From Lentisphaeria bacterium (GTDB lineage: Bacteria; Verrucomicrobiota; Lentisphaeria; Victivallales; Victivallaceae), in contig JAFVZB010000008.1 in the NCBI GenBank assembly GCA_017508385.1, positions 32,848-96,847 on the forward strand: DNA of 64,000 bases, given 5' to 3'. The translations under genes were made by a program, and so were the position numbers. The notes below the pieces were generated by a model that was given only the letters and a program-made list of their open reading frames with translations, did not search any database and had not been told where the DNA came from. Below, one piece after another: positions 9,294 to 19,126 of the stretch; position 1 is the first letter of the stretch; the number at the start of each line of letters is the position of its first letter.

Positions 9294-10076
9294 TTATCGC
9301 CGTGTGCTTTGCAGAAAGCGCAGCGTATCTTTTTCCAGCCGCACCGGGTCGATTTTGTGTTTGGAGTTTATATTCCGGTACAATCCGATAAAGCGGCTGC
9401 ACAAATTGCGTATGTTTTCAGGAGTTTCCTGTTCTCCTGAACAGATGATGAAGCTGCTGATAAATCTTGCGTTATCTTTTGAGAACAACTTTTTACGCAG
9501 AAAAAACGGAACTCTTCTGCAACCGTCAAGGTCGATGGTGCCGGTGAGATTTTCACTTCCGTTTCTGAACAGATAAAAGTTCCTCATGCTTGCGTCGCCG
9601 TGGACGATATCTGCCGAGTGGATATTTCCCAGCAGAGAGGTGATGCGTTGAAAAGCATTTTCCCACTCCCGGCTTGGCAATTTGTCGCAAAATGTGACGT
9701 TTTCATCAAGCACCGATGTCGCCAGATAGTCGCAGACTGGCAGCAGATATTTTGTCTCTCTCACGGCGCAGAATACCTGCGGAGTTGCTATGCCGAGCTG
9801 ATTGAGCTTCTCTGCCATTATCATTGAGCGTTTTGAACGGGGTGTTTGAAAAATCCGTCGCAGAGCCTTTGTTGACTTTCTTGCCGGAGAGCATTTTACA
9901 AAAACTCCGCCGCAGATATACGCCACGGTGGAAGAACCCTTTTTGCAAAGTTTTCCCGGAGGATCCATCCAGCTTCCGGAAAGATTGATTATTTGAGACT
10001 CTGAAAAATGTGAAAGGTCGCATTTTCCCCGTATGAGGGTGTTTTTGAGAGTTCTCAGTTTGATATCTTTCAACAT
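9294..10076 (-). CDS. lipopolysaccharide kinase (Kdo/WaaP)/protein-kinase-like fold protein
   Basis: Catalytic-loop-like IVHGDASMRNF and IDLDG motifs. First ATG at 10076; the ORF-track start at 10088 is TTG, so the start is uncertain. Confidence 0.6.
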   Translation of the reverse strand: MLKDIKLRTLKNTLIRGKCDLSHFSESQIINLSGSWMDPPGKLCKKGSSTVAYICGGVFVKCSPARKSTKALRRIFQTPRSKRSMIMAEKLNQLGIATPQVFCAVRETKYLLPVCDYLATSVLDENVTFCDKLPSREWENAFQRITSLLGNIHSADIVHGDASMRNFYLFRNGSENLTGTIDLDGCRRVPFFLRKKLFSKDNARFISSFIICSGEQETPENIRNLCSRFIGLYRNINSKHKIDPVRLEKDTLRFLQSTRR

Positions 10077-10192
10077 GTTTTTATACAACTCCGCTCTTCT
10101 GCCTTACTATATAAAATAACCCCCGAATGGAGTAAAGTCCAGTTGTAAAACAAAAAAAATCGTTTTGAAGTGAAAAATGGTGTGTTTCTTGC

Positions 10193-10221
10193 TTGAATTG
10201 TTGCATAAACCGTGTTATATT
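10193..10221 (+). promoter_or_regulatory. sigma70-like promoter TTGAAT-N17-TATATT upstream of the FHA gene
   Basis: -35 at 10193-10198 and -10 at 10216-10221, with exact 17-nt spacing. Lies in a divergent intergenic region. Confidence 0.35.
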
Positions 10222-10273
10222 TACCATTGAACTTTTGTGTAAAAATATAAATACGAAATACGGAGTGTGTATT

Positions 10274-10825
10274 ATGGCTGGACCGAAATTTACGGTTCTT
10301 TTCGAAAAGCTTCGCGGTACTACTTTTGATCTCAACAAAGAGACCATGAGCATCGGCCGCAGAGACGGTATGGATATCTGCATCAAAGACTCAAGCATGA
10401 GCGGACATCATGCCGATGTTATTTGCAGTGAACGTGACGGCAAAACAGTCTATATCCTGAGAGACAACGACAGCACCAACGGAACGAAAATCAACGGAGT
10501 TCAGGTGACCGAGCAGGAGCTCAAAAACTCTGACGTCATCCTGTTCGGCTCAGTAGAGGTTCTGTTTGACAGCGGCAGTGCCGATGCTGAGGGCGGTACC
10601 GGAGTGTTTGCTCCGACCAGCGTGACTCTCGACCTCTCATCTCTTGATGCCCACACCAACAGTGTGCCCAAGTTTGACAGTCTCAATCCGCTTGGCGACA
10701 GGGAAACCAAACGTCATACCATGGTCAGTGTCGGAATCATCGCACTTTGCGCCCTTGCCGGTCTCGGCGTGCTCGGACTCCTCGTCTATCTCGCCAAGGA
10801 GATTTTCGGTCTCGGCGGAAATTGA
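10274..10825 (+). CDS. FHA-domain protein with C-terminal transmembrane anchor
   Basis: FHA core motifs SIGRRDGMDICI...SMSGHHA...LRDNDSTNGTKINGV. C-terminal hydrophobic helix VGIIALCALAGLGVLGLLVYL. Start placed at ATG 10274 (MAGPKF). Confidence 0.85.
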   Translation: MAGPKFTVLFEKLRGTTFDLNKETMSIGRRDGMDICIKDSSMSGHHADVICSERDGKTVYILRDNDSTNGTKINGVQVTEQELKNSDVILFGSVEVLFDSGSADAEGGTGVFAPTSVTLDLSSLDAHTNSVPKFDSLNPLGDRETKRHTMVSVGIIALCALAGLGVLGLLVYLAKEIFGLGGN

Positions 10826-10852
10826 TACGGTTCAGATAACATTGAACACAGC

Positions 10853-10901
10853 AGATATCCGCTTTGACGGCGAATGCCGTTTTGCGGATTATCTCTTTTT
10901 T
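10853..10901 (+). terminator. rho-independent terminator/attenuator between the FHA gene and ftsH
   Basis: Long imperfect hairpin AGATATCCGC...GCGGATTATCT with inner ACGGC/GCCGT stem (10853-10894), followed by T-run 10896-10901. Confidence 0.55.
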
Positions 10902-10938
10902 GGAGCTTATATATCATCGAAATCAGGAGTAATCATAT

Positions 10939-13035
10939 ATGGAAAATGAAAACAAACCGCAGGAACCGATCGGAGGGGAATCCGGAGGAAACGGCGGCGG
11001 AAACAAGAAAAATACAGGGCAGAGACGTCTGCCGGGAGTGCCCCGTGCAGCTGTCGTCTGGCTGGTGATTTTGTGTGTGCTTGGCGCACTTGCTCTCTTC
11101 AAAGGCGGATCATCGACCCGCCAGACTGTCTTTACTCAGACTGAGTTTGAAAGTATGCTCCGTGCAGGAAGGATCATTTCCGCCGATATTACTGACGAGA
11201 GCAGCCGGGTTTTTGTTGTCGAGGGCAGGTACTATTTAAGTGATGCTCCCGCTGCAGCAAAGAGTGGTGACGAGGCGAAAGATAAAAAAGCATTTCTCGA
11301 GAGCACCGGGTTTTATCGCGCGAGAGTTCTGTTTTCGGAATCGATGAATGATCTGCTTTCTTCCTCGAAAACTCAGGTCAAAGTTGCGGAAAACAACTCA
11401 AGTCTCTGGAACTTTCTGCTTTTCGGAATACTTCCTGTTCTGTTGCTCGGCGGGGTGATTTATTTTATTTCATCACGTCAGATGCGCATGGGCGGAAAAG
11501 GAGCCATGGATTTCGGCAAAAGCCGTGCCAGAATGATTGCTCCTGAAGAGCTCAACGTCAAGTTCGATGACATCGCCGGAGCTGATGAGGCAAAAGCGGA
11601 TATCGCTGAGATCGTCGAGTTTCTCAAGGACCCGATTCGATTCCAGCTTCTCGGAGGTCAGATTCCGAAAGGCTGCCTGCTCGTGGGCAATCCGGGAACC
11701 GGTAAAACTCTGCTTGCCAAAGCTGTTGCCTGCGAGGCGGGCGTTCCCTTCTTTTCAATCAGCGGCTCCGACTTCGTCGAGATGTTTGTCGGTGTCGGTG
11801 CGAGCCGTGTCAGAGATATGTTTGAACAGGCACGCAAACACACTCCGTGTCTTATTTTCATCGACGAGATCGATGCCGTCGGACGCTCCCGCTTTTCAGG
11901 CTGGGGCGGCGGTCACGATGAGCGTGAGCAGACCCTCAACGCCATGCTGGTCGAAATGGATGGACTTTCAAGCCGCAACGGTGTGATCGTGCTTGCGGCA
12001 ACCAACCGTCCTGATGTCCTCGACCCGGCATTGCTCCGCCCCGGACGTTTTGACCGTCAGGTGGTTATGGACTTGCCCGATATCAAAGGCAGACGGCAGA
12101 TACTTGCCATTCACGCAGCCAAGATCCGCTTGGCAGACAATGTTGACCTCGATGTTATTGCCCGTAACACTCCCGGATTCAGCGGAGCCGATCTTGCCAA
12201 CCTCTGCAACGAGGCCGCTCTTCTGGCTGCAAGATACAATCAGGAGTTCGTCATGCAGAAAGACCTCGAGGAGGCACGTGATAAAGTCTGCTACGGCAGT
12301 GAACGCCGCAGTCGCAAGATAAACGACCGTGAACGCCGAATGGTGGCTTACCACGAGGCAGGACACGCTTTGATCGCTCTGCACAACGATAAGTGTACTC
12401 CGGTGCACAAAGTGACCATCATCCCCCGCGGAGATGCTTATCTCGGTGCGACCTATACTCTTCCTGAAGAGGATTTCTATCTGCGCAGCAAGCTCGAGTA
12501 TGAGGCGGAGATGGCGATGACTATGGGCGGAAGAGCCGCTGAGGAGCTGATTTTCGGTGATATCACGACAGGAGCTTCCGGTGATATCGCTCAACTTACC
12601 TCAATGGCACGCAAAATGGTCTGCATTTTCGGTATGTCTGATAAAATCGGACCGACCAAGGTCGGAGATTTTTCAGTTCACCCCCATTTGCGCATAGATG
12701 GTCCGCAGCCTGATCAGCTTGCTCCTGAAACTGCCCGTGAGATCGATCTTGAGATCAGGCGTCTGGTCAATACCGCCATCGATACCGCAAGAGAGGTTTT
12801 GAAAACTCACCGTGATGAGCTGGAAAAACTTGCCGAGACTCTGCTTGAAAAAGAGACTCTTTCAATCGAAGAGATCAACGTTCTGCTCGGACGTACTCCG
12901 GCTGAACCGGAAACTCCGCAGAGCGAGTCTGAGGAAAATGCTCAGTCTGAAACCGCTTCTGAGGAAACTCCTGCAGAGCAAACTGCAAACAACAGTGCTG
13001 AAGATGGAACTTCCGGAAACAGCGTTCAAGGCTGA
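10939..13035 (+). CDS. ftsH: ATP-dependent zinc metalloprotease FtsH
   Basis: Walker [17 protein letters not shown] second region of homology, and zinc motif HEAGHAL. Two N-terminal TM segments and an acidic C-terminal tail. Confidence 0.97.
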   Translation: MENENKPQEPIGGESGGNGGGNKKNTGQRRLPGVPRAAVVWLVILCVLGALALFKGGSSTRQTVFTQTEFESMLRAGRIISADITDESSRVFVVEGRYYLSDAPAAAKSGDEAKDKKAFLESTGFYRARVLFSESMNDLLSSSKTQVKVAENNSSLWNFLLFGILPVLLLGGVIYFISSRQMRMGGKGAMDFGKSRARMIAPEELNVKFDDIAGADEAKADIAEIVEFLKDPIRFQLLGGQIPKGCLLVGNPGTGKTLLAKAVACEAGVPFFSISGSDFVEMFVGVGASRVRDMFEQARKHTPCLIFIDEIDAVGRSRFSGWGGGHDEREQTLNAMLVEMDGLSSRNGVIVLAATNRPDVLDPALLRPGRFDRQVVMDLPDIKGRRQILAIHAAKIRLADNVDLDVIARNTPGFSGADLANLCNEAALLAARYNQEFVMQKDLEEARDKVCYGSERRSRKINDRERRMVAYHEAGHALIALHNDKCTPVHKVTIIPRGDAYLGATYTLPEEDFYLRSKLEYEAEMAMTMGGRAAEELIFGDITTGASGDIAQLTSMARKMVCIFGMSDKIGPTKVGDFSVHPHLRIDGPQPDQLAPETAREIDLEIRRLVNTAIDTAREVLKTHRDELEKLAETLLEKETLSIEEINVLLGRTPAEPETPQSESEENAQSETASEETPAEQTANNSAEDGTSGNSVQG

Positions 13036-13306
13036 CGGCAGCGGCGTGCGAATAAGAGTGCACGCTCAGCCCGGAGCCAAAGTCAGCAAAGTGGCAGGAG
13101 CTTATGGTGACAGTGTGAAAATTGCTGTTGCCACTCCGCCTGTTGACGGCAAAGCAAATAAGATGCTGCAGAAACTCCTTGCCGGATGGCTCGGAGTTGC
13201 AGCTTCGCAAGTTAACCTGGTATCGGGAATGACCGGCAGAGAAAAGAGTTTTTCCGTTACCGGCGTTTCTCCGCAAGAGGCAAAAAAGCGTCTTGAAGAA
13301 AATTGA
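13004..13306 (+). CDS. DUF167 (YggU) family protein
   Basis: RIRVHAQPGAKVSKV...VKIAVATPPVDGKANKML...L matches the DUF167 pattern. ATG 13004 overlaps the ftsH 3' end by 32 nt; an in-frame GTG at 13046 is an alternative start. Confidence 0.7.
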   Translation: MELPETAFKADGSGVRIRVHAQPGAKVSKVAGAYGDSVKIAVATPPVDGKANKMLQKLLAGWLGVAASQVNLVSGMTGREKSFSVTGVSPQEAKKRLEEN

Positions 13307-13329
13307 AAAATTGTACAGACAACGTAAAA

Positions 13330-14535
13330 ATGAAACAGAAAGCAATCGTTTTTCTCGCCGACGGAATGGCTGATGATGCTCTTCTTGAGCTTGGCGGCAA
13401 GACTCCGTTGGAATTCGCCAACACTCCCGGAATGGATAGAATAGCAAAAGAGGGAGCAAGCGGAACTTTTCTCACTCTTCCCGAGGGTTTGCCGACTTCA
13501 AGTGATGTCGCCAATATGTCCGTTCTCGGTTTTGAGCCTGAACTCAACTATCCCGGACGCGGTCCCATTGAGGCGACAGCACAGGGTATCGAGCTCGGTG
13601 AGGATGATATTGCTTGGCGCTGCAATCTCGTGTACGTCGATGATGATGGCGTTCTGCGTGATTACTCGGCAGGTCACATCTCGCCTGAAAAAGCGGCAGT
13701 TTTGATGAATGATTTGCAGAAAGAGTTCGGCAGTGATGAAGTAACCTTTTACAGCGGAGTAAGTTACCGCAACCTTCTGGTGCTTCACGGCAAACGTTTT
13801 TCCGACGCTGTCGATTACTTCAAGCCGGATTCGTCTCAGGATATCCACATAAGCGAGCTGCGTCTCTCTGCTCAAAAAGAGGAGGCTCAGGCAACTGTTG
13901 ATTTCCTTATTGACCTTGAAGAAAAGGCGGCGAAATTTCTGGCAGCCCATCCGCTCAACGCAAAGGGTGACGGAATTGCCAACCGTATCTGGCCGTGGAG
14001 TCCCGGTTACCGTCCTGCGCTTGATGAGTTCAGCAAAAAATATCAGGGCAGAAGCGGAGCGATCATCAGTGCGGTCGATGTTATTCGCGGACTCGGTAAG
14101 TGTTCCAATATGACCGTGATAGATGTACCGGGCGCAACCGGATTTACTGATACCAACTTTGAGGGTAAAGCTCAGGCAGCGATAGATGCCATTGAGAAAT
14201 TTGATTTCGTTTATCTGCATGTTGAAGCTATCGATGAGTGTTCCCATCTCGGCGACCTCAAGCAGAAACTCTTTGCTATTGAGGAGTTTGATAAAAGAGT
14301 AGTTGTTCCGGTGCTCAACGCTCTCGAGGGCAGGGGCATCCGCTTTGCGATACTTCCCGACCATCCTGTTCCCATAAAATTGCGTGCGCACACGACAACT
14401 CCGGTGCCGGTGGCGGTGATGGGGCCGGGAATCAAACCCGATTCCATTGAATCATTCAGTGAAACTCTTGCGGTCACCGGTTCTCTTGGCTACATGACCA
14501 AAGATTCTCTGATAAAACTGATGCTTGGTCTCTGA
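13330..14535 (+). CDS. cofactor-independent phosphoglycerate mutase, ApgM type
   Basis: N-terminal MKQKAIVFLADGMADD, TPGMDRIAKEG, SSDVANMS and C-terminal DHP motifs. Start placed at the second ATG (13330). Confidence 0.85.
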   Translation: MKQKAIVFLADGMADDALLELGGKTPLEFANTPGMDRIAKEGASGTFLTLPEGLPTSSDVANMSVLGFEPELNYPGRGPIEATAQGIELGEDDIAWRCNLVYVDDDGVLRDYSAGHISPEKAAVLMNDLQKEFGSDEVTFYSGVSYRNLLVLHGKRFSDAVDYFKPDSSQDIHISELRLSAQKEEAQATVDFLIDLEEKAAKFLAAHPLNAKGDGIANRIWPWSPGYRPALDEFSKKYQGRSGAIISAVDVIRGLGKCSNMTVIDVPGATGFTDTNFEGKAQAAIDAIEKFDFVYLHVEAIDECSHLGDLKQKLFAIEEFDKRVVVPVLNALEGRGIRFAILPDHPVPIKLRAHTTTPVPVAVMGPGIKPDSIESFSETLAVTGSLGYMTKDSLIKLMLGL

Positions 14536-14536
14536 T

Positions 14537-15049
14537 ATGGATGAGCCTGTTGTCAGGAAACTTCCCAAAATATCTGCGCTCGAAAAGGCGTTGAAGATAC
14601 TTGCAACAGCTCCCGTAACCGAGATGGAGCTGCGCCGCAAGCTGGGTAGGGCAGGGTATCCTGAAATCCTTGTCGATCAGGCTGTCGAAGAGTGCCGTCG
14701 TCACAACTACATCAATGACGAACTTCTGGCAAACGATTGTGCGGAGTATCTTGTTCAGCGTGGAACCGGTTCACGCATGATAAGAGTGAAGCTCCGCCGC
14801 CGCGGATTATCCAGAGAGCTTGTCGATGAGGCGGCAGGTAATATCGACCCCGAAACTGAGCTCGAGGCGGCACGATATGCACTGGAGTGCAAATTGCGGA
14901 TGCTCTCAAGAGAGCGTGACTGTCGCAAGAAACGGGAAAAAGCATTCCGTTTTTTGGTCTCAAGAGGATATGGTTCAAATATCATCTCGACCCTCTTTTC
15001 CGAGGTCGATTGGAAAGGTGAGTCAACAGACGAAGAGGAGTTTTGTTAA
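14537..15049 (+). CDS. recX: recombination regulator RecX
   Basis: Three-helix repeat pattern: ELRRKLGRAGYPEILVDQAVEECRRHNYINDELLA, RRGLSRELVDEA, LVSRGY. Confidence 0.8.
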   Translation: MDEPVVRKLPKISALEKALKILATAPVTEMELRRKLGRAGYPEILVDQAVEECRRHNYINDELLANDCAEYLVQRGTGSRMIRVKLRRRGLSRELVDEAAGNIDPETELEAARYALECKLRMLSRERDCRKKREKAFRFLVSRGYGSNIISTLFSEVDWKGESTDEEEFC

Positions 15050-15871
15050 ATGCCTGAGCTGCCTGAAGCCGAAAATATCTGCCGTGCGCTTGACCGCAGT
15101 TTGAGAGATGAGATAATTTCTAAAGTCGAGGTGTTCACTCCGAAGATGAGAACTCCGCTTGAACCGTTGCTCACTGCATCGCTCGAGGGCAGGCGGGTGG
15201 TCAAGTGTGTGCGCCGTGCCAGATATGTGCTGTGTCATCTTGATGACAACAGAGCCATTGTGATGCACTTCGGTATGTCAGGCGTGGTGCGGGTCGAGGA
15301 TATAACTGTTCCAAGGCGGAAACACGAACACGTTTTTATTCATTTTGAAAGCGGCAAGATATTCCGTTTTGAGTGCACCCGCCGCTTCAGTCTGCTTGAA
15401 GTCCACGAGCTTGAGTCAAACGGAGTTCCGGCAATACTCAACTCTCTCGGAGTCGAACCGCTTGAAGATGGATATACTCCGGAATATATGCTCGAATCCG
15501 CATCAGGCAAAAAAACAGCGGTAAAGCCCTTTATTATGAACAATGATATCGTGGTCGGCATCGGCAATATCTACGCAACCGAGACTCTTTTCGCCTCAAA
15601 AGTTCATCCGGAACGGGCGGCAAACACTCTTACTTTGAAAGAGTGGCAGCTTATCGTTGAAAACAGCAGACGTATTCTGAAACGGGCAATCGAACTCGGG
15701 GGCTCCACGATTTCAGACTTCCTCAACGTCGATGGAAGCGAGGGTAAGTTCGCACAGGAGTTATCCATCTACGGAAAAGAGGGCGAAAAGTGTCCTGTCT
15801 GCGGTTCGCAAATAAAAGCGGTGAAACTCGGAGGCAGGACATCGGCTTTCTGTCCTGCCTGCCAGAAGTGA
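15050..15871 (+). CDS. mutM: formamidopyrimidine-DNA glycosylase
   Basis: N-terminal MPELPEAE and C-terminal zinc finger CPVCGSQI...CPACQ. The ATG directly follows the recX TAA stop. Confidence 0.95.
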   Translation: MPELPEAENICRALDRSLRDEIISKVEVFTPKMRTPLEPLLTASLEGRRVVKCVRRARYVLCHLDDNRAIVMHFGMSGVVRVEDITVPRRKHEHVFIHFESGKIFRFECTRRFSLLEVHELESNGVPAILNSLGVEPLEDGYTPEYMLESASGKKTAVKPFIMNNDIVVGIGNIYATETLFASKVHPERAANTLTLKEWQLIVENSRRILKRAIELGGSTISDFLNVDGSEGKFAQELSIYGKEGEKCPVCGSQIKAVKLGGRTSAFCPACQK

Positions 15872-15876
15872 TTGTT

Positions 15877-17277
15877 TCAGAACAGCGCAGAAATTTTCTT
15901 TATCAAATCAAACTGCTGGATATATCCTGCGACAAATACGGCAGCGATAAGCAGCGGCAGTACATATTTGAGATATATGTAACTCTTTTGCGGAAATTTC
16001 AGACCCTCTCCGCAATCTGTTTCGGCGATAAAGTTTTTCCAGCCCCAAGCGTACTTTGACATACAGAAGAACCAGACAAAGAAAGCTCCCAGCGGAAGCA
16101 GGTTCTGGCTTACGATAAAATCCTCGAAATCGAGTATCGAACTGCCTTTGCCGAGCGGCTGGATATTCTTCAGAACTCCGAAGCCGAGAGCGCATGGCAG
16201 CGAGAGAACTGCAACCAGTGCTCCTGCTATCCACGCTGCTTTTTTTCTTGACATTTTGAATTCATCTATGAAGAATGCGGCAATGTTTTCGATCACGGCG
16301 ATGAGTGTAGTCAGGGCGGCAAGCAGAAGAAAGAGGAAAAATGCCGCTCCGATGATTCCGGAAAAAGGCATGTTGTTGAAGATGTTAGGAATACTGACAA
16401 AGACCAGTCCCGGTCCCTGGGCAACATCCACACCGTATGAGAAACAGATCGGGAAAATTATCAAACCCGATAATAGAGCAACCATGGTATCCAAAACGAT
16501 GATGACGACAGATTCTCCGCCGAGAGTGCGTTTCCGGTCAACATAGCTGCCGAAGATAGCCATACTGCCGATGCCTACGCTCAGGGTGAAGAATGCCTGA
16601 CCCATTGCGGCGTATAAAGTTGCTCCTATGCCGTTTTTGACGACTCTTGAAAAATCCGGCAGCAGATAAAATTTGAGAGCTTTAGCTGCTCCGGGCAGAA
16701 AACAGCTGCGGATGGCGAGTATTATCAGCATGACAAAGAGAAGCGACATCATCCACTTGACGCACTTTTCGACACCTTTTTGCAGTCCGATGGCGCAAAT
16801 TACAGTTGCGAGCAGACTGACAGCAGCCATTCCGGCAGTTGCTTTGTAAGGATTAGTTATAAGTTCATTGAAATACACTTCGGTGGCAGCAGTGCTTTTG
16901 CAGGCGGCAAGCGAGCCGTCGATGTATCCTGTGAGATACGAACCGAGCCATCCGGTGACGGTTGTGTAGTACATGAGCAATATCAGATTTCCGGTAAAGA
17001 ACAGGATTCCGATCCGGCTGAAAAGTTTTCCGTATTTGCCGCCGAGGTTGCGGTAAGCTCCGACGAGATTACTGCCTCCTGCTCTGCCGATGGCAAGCTC
17101 CATTGTAAGTATCGGATATCCGAGGATGGCGAGAAAGAGCAGGTATATCAGTACAAATGCTCCGCCGCCGTATTCCCCGGTGATGAACGGAAAACGCCAA
17201 ACATTACCCAACCCGATAGTACACCCCGCCGCCAGCGCCAGAAAGCCGAGGCGGGAGGCTAAAGTTTCCCTTGCCAT
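15877..17277 (-). CDS. sodium-dependent transporter, SNF (neurotransmitter:sodium symporter) family
   Basis: GLGNVWRFPF signature; 466 aa and polytopic. Confidence 0.9.
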   Translation of the reverse strand: MARETLASRLGFLALAAGCTIGLGNVWRFPFITGEYGGGAFVLIYLLFLAILGYPILTMELAIGRAGGSNLVGAYRNLGGKYGKLFSRIGILFFTGNLILLMYYTTVTGWLGSYLTGYIDGSLAACKSTAATEVYFNELITNPYKATAGMAAVSLLATVICAIGLQKGVEKCVKWMMSLLFVMLIILAIRSCFLPGAAKALKFYLLPDFSRVVKNGIGATLYAAMGQAFFTLSVGIGSMAIFGSYVDRKRTLGGESVVIIVLDTMVALLSGLIIFPICFSYGVDVAQGPGLVFVSIPNIFNNMPFSGIIGAAFFLFLLLAALTTLIAVIENIAAFFIDEFKMSRKKAAWIAGALVAVLSLPCALGFGVLKNIQPLGKGSSILDFEDFIVSQNLLPLGAFFVWFFCMSKYAWGWKNFIAETDCGEGLKFPQKSYIYLKYVLPLLIAAVFVAGYIQQFDLIKKISALF

Positions 17278-17281
17278 GATT

Positions 17282-19111
17282 TCAGATCACCTCACTGAAC
17301 ACCCTGCAGCAGTGCGCAGGAAGTGTTATTTTATCAGTTAAATCGCTTCCGTCAATATCACTGCAAAATTTTGGAAGCGCATATTGTTCAAGTTCAAAAG
17401 TTTGCTCAGTATCTTCAAAATTGAAGATGGAAAGCCGCAGTTCGCCTGACTTTTTGTTGATGGCAAGCCATACTCCCGGAACTGTTCTTTCCCAGACATC
17501 AAGTGAACGCACCTCGTAAACATCAGGATTGTTGAATAGCTCCCTTGTCCACGCCATGCGTTCAGGTTCAAGGGTGTCGAGCCTGTCGCCTGAAAGCAAC
17601 ATTCCTCCGGCAAGTCTTATGGCTTCAAACCAGAGGTAAGACTCCTCATCGGTAAATTCTGCTCCCTGCTTACGCACCAGGAGTGTGTCGGGGTCACTTA
17701 TCCAGAGCCGGTGATTCATGTAGCTGCGGTTGATGATGTTGCGGCAGACGTTGGGGATGCTCAAACCCTCATCAAAGGTGACCTCTTTGGCTTGCCATTT
17801 CTTTGCGATATCAGTGCCGATGCGTTCTCCATCTACCAATCCGACGACGGTGGCAAGCGGAGCGGTGCATCCGAGAATAAAGCCATCTTTTCCGAAACCC
17901 TCTCTGATTGCCTCAAGTCCTCGTCTCAACGCCTGAGCTCTTGTCGCTTTGGGGTCGAAATAGACGGTTTCACCGGGAATTCCTGCGCCGATGACCATGA
18001 AATCCAGTTTGACGTAATCAAAACCCATCGAGCGTATCGATTTGAAAAGATTTTTCAAAAATTCGCAAGTTGCAGGATTGGTTCCGTCAAGAGCCGCAGA
18101 TTTGCCGCCCCGCCAATCCATAGGAAAGGCAATGTTTCCATTTTTGTCGTGAATGAAATATTCAGGGTGCTCCTGAATGAGTTTTGATTTTTCAAATCCC
18201 ATGAACGGACCTACCCACAATGCAGGAGTGAACCCCTCTTTTTTGATATTTTCGGCAAGTTTTGCCAATCCGTTGGGGAATTTGGGATTGTAATCAAGCC
18301 AATCTCCGAGAGCAGGCTGATAACCGTCATCGAGCTGGATGTATTTGATGGGCAGTTTGTCACGGTTTTCGGAAATGTATTTGACATTGGTCAAAACATC
18401 ATTTTCGGTGACATCAGAGAAGTAGTAATACCATGAACACCAGCCGAGCGGAGGAGTTTCAGGAACTCTTGCTTTCATCCGCTTTGCCCACAACTCGGCA
18501 AATTCACACTGCATGTGATAGAGGTCGATTCCTTCAAATACAGCGAACACTTCAGAGGAAACTATGTCATCTTTCTCAACCAGAATACCATCTCCTGAGC
18601 TTACGGCAGTCCACTCTTTGATGCCGTTGTCGGCAAATTCAATGGTAAATCTTCCGTACTGGTCAGCAGAGGTGATAAATCCGGCAAGGATTATTTTGCC
18701 CGTCGAGGCATCTCTGATCGCCGAAAGATTGTCTGAGCGGAACCTGTTCGGAGTATTTGGTTTGTATTCATCAGTGCAGGAAACGCAGAACTTTGCGTAG
18801 TCATCTGAACTTGTGAAATCACACTCTCCGAACCGTTTTGTTCCGCAGAAACTTGCCATTGTCCACCCCTCGAGATAGACGGCAAGGTCTTTGCCGCATT
18901 TGCCGAACAGGTCGTCGCATCCGGAGTAAACCCATCGGAACCCGTCGAGGTGAAAATCCTCACCCCGGTTGACACATCCCATCTGGTACTCCATGTGGCT
19001 GCCGTTCATTCGTGAGGCAGCAACGAGTTCGATATTGTGTTTTTTACACTCTTCTATGCTCATCCAGACGCCGTTGACGCCCAGTTCAGCGTTCCATTGC
19101 GGTAATCCCAT
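17282..19111 (-). CDS. alpha-galactosidase (GH36/GH27 clan-D like)
   Basis: GWCSWYYYF, YIQLDDGY and DYVKLDF motifs; 609 aa. Confidence 0.7.
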   Translation of the reverse strand: MGLPQWNAELGVNGVWMSIEECKKHNIELVAASRMNGSHMEYQMGCVNRGEDFHLDGFRWVYSGCDDLFGKCGKDLAVYLEGWTMASFCGTKRFGECDFTSSDDYAKFCVSCTDEYKPNTPNRFRSDNLSAIRDASTGKIILAGFITSADQYGRFTIEFADNGIKEWTAVSSGDGILVEKDDIVSSEVFAVFEGIDLYHMQCEFAELWAKRMKARVPETPPLGWCSWYYYFSDVTENDVLTNVKYISENRDKLPIKYIQLDDGYQPALGDWLDYNPKFPNGLAKLAENIKKEGFTPALWVGPFMGFEKSKLIQEHPEYFIHDKNGNIAFPMDWRGGKSAALDGTNPATCEFLKNLFKSIRSMGFDYVKLDFMVIGAGIPGETVYFDPKATRAQALRRGLEAIREGFGKDGFILGCTAPLATVVGLVDGERIGTDIAKKWQAKEVTFDEGLSIPNVCRNIINRSYMNHRLWISDPDTLLVRKQGAEFTDEESYLWFEAIRLAGGMLLSGDRLDTLEPERMAWTRELFNNPDVYEVRSLDVWERTVPGVWLAINKKSGELRLSIFNFEDTEQTFELEQYALPKFCSDIDGSDLTDKITLPAHCCRVFSEVI

Positions 19112-19126
19112 TTTTATCCCCGAAAA

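Noticed and set aside
13004-13035. 32-nt overlap between ftsH and the DUF167 gene as a possible recoding or frameshift site.
   Set aside because: It is a plain out-of-frame overlap with an ordinary ATG (or the GTG at 13046). No slippery sequence or downstream structure is seen. It most likely reflects start-site uncertainty.
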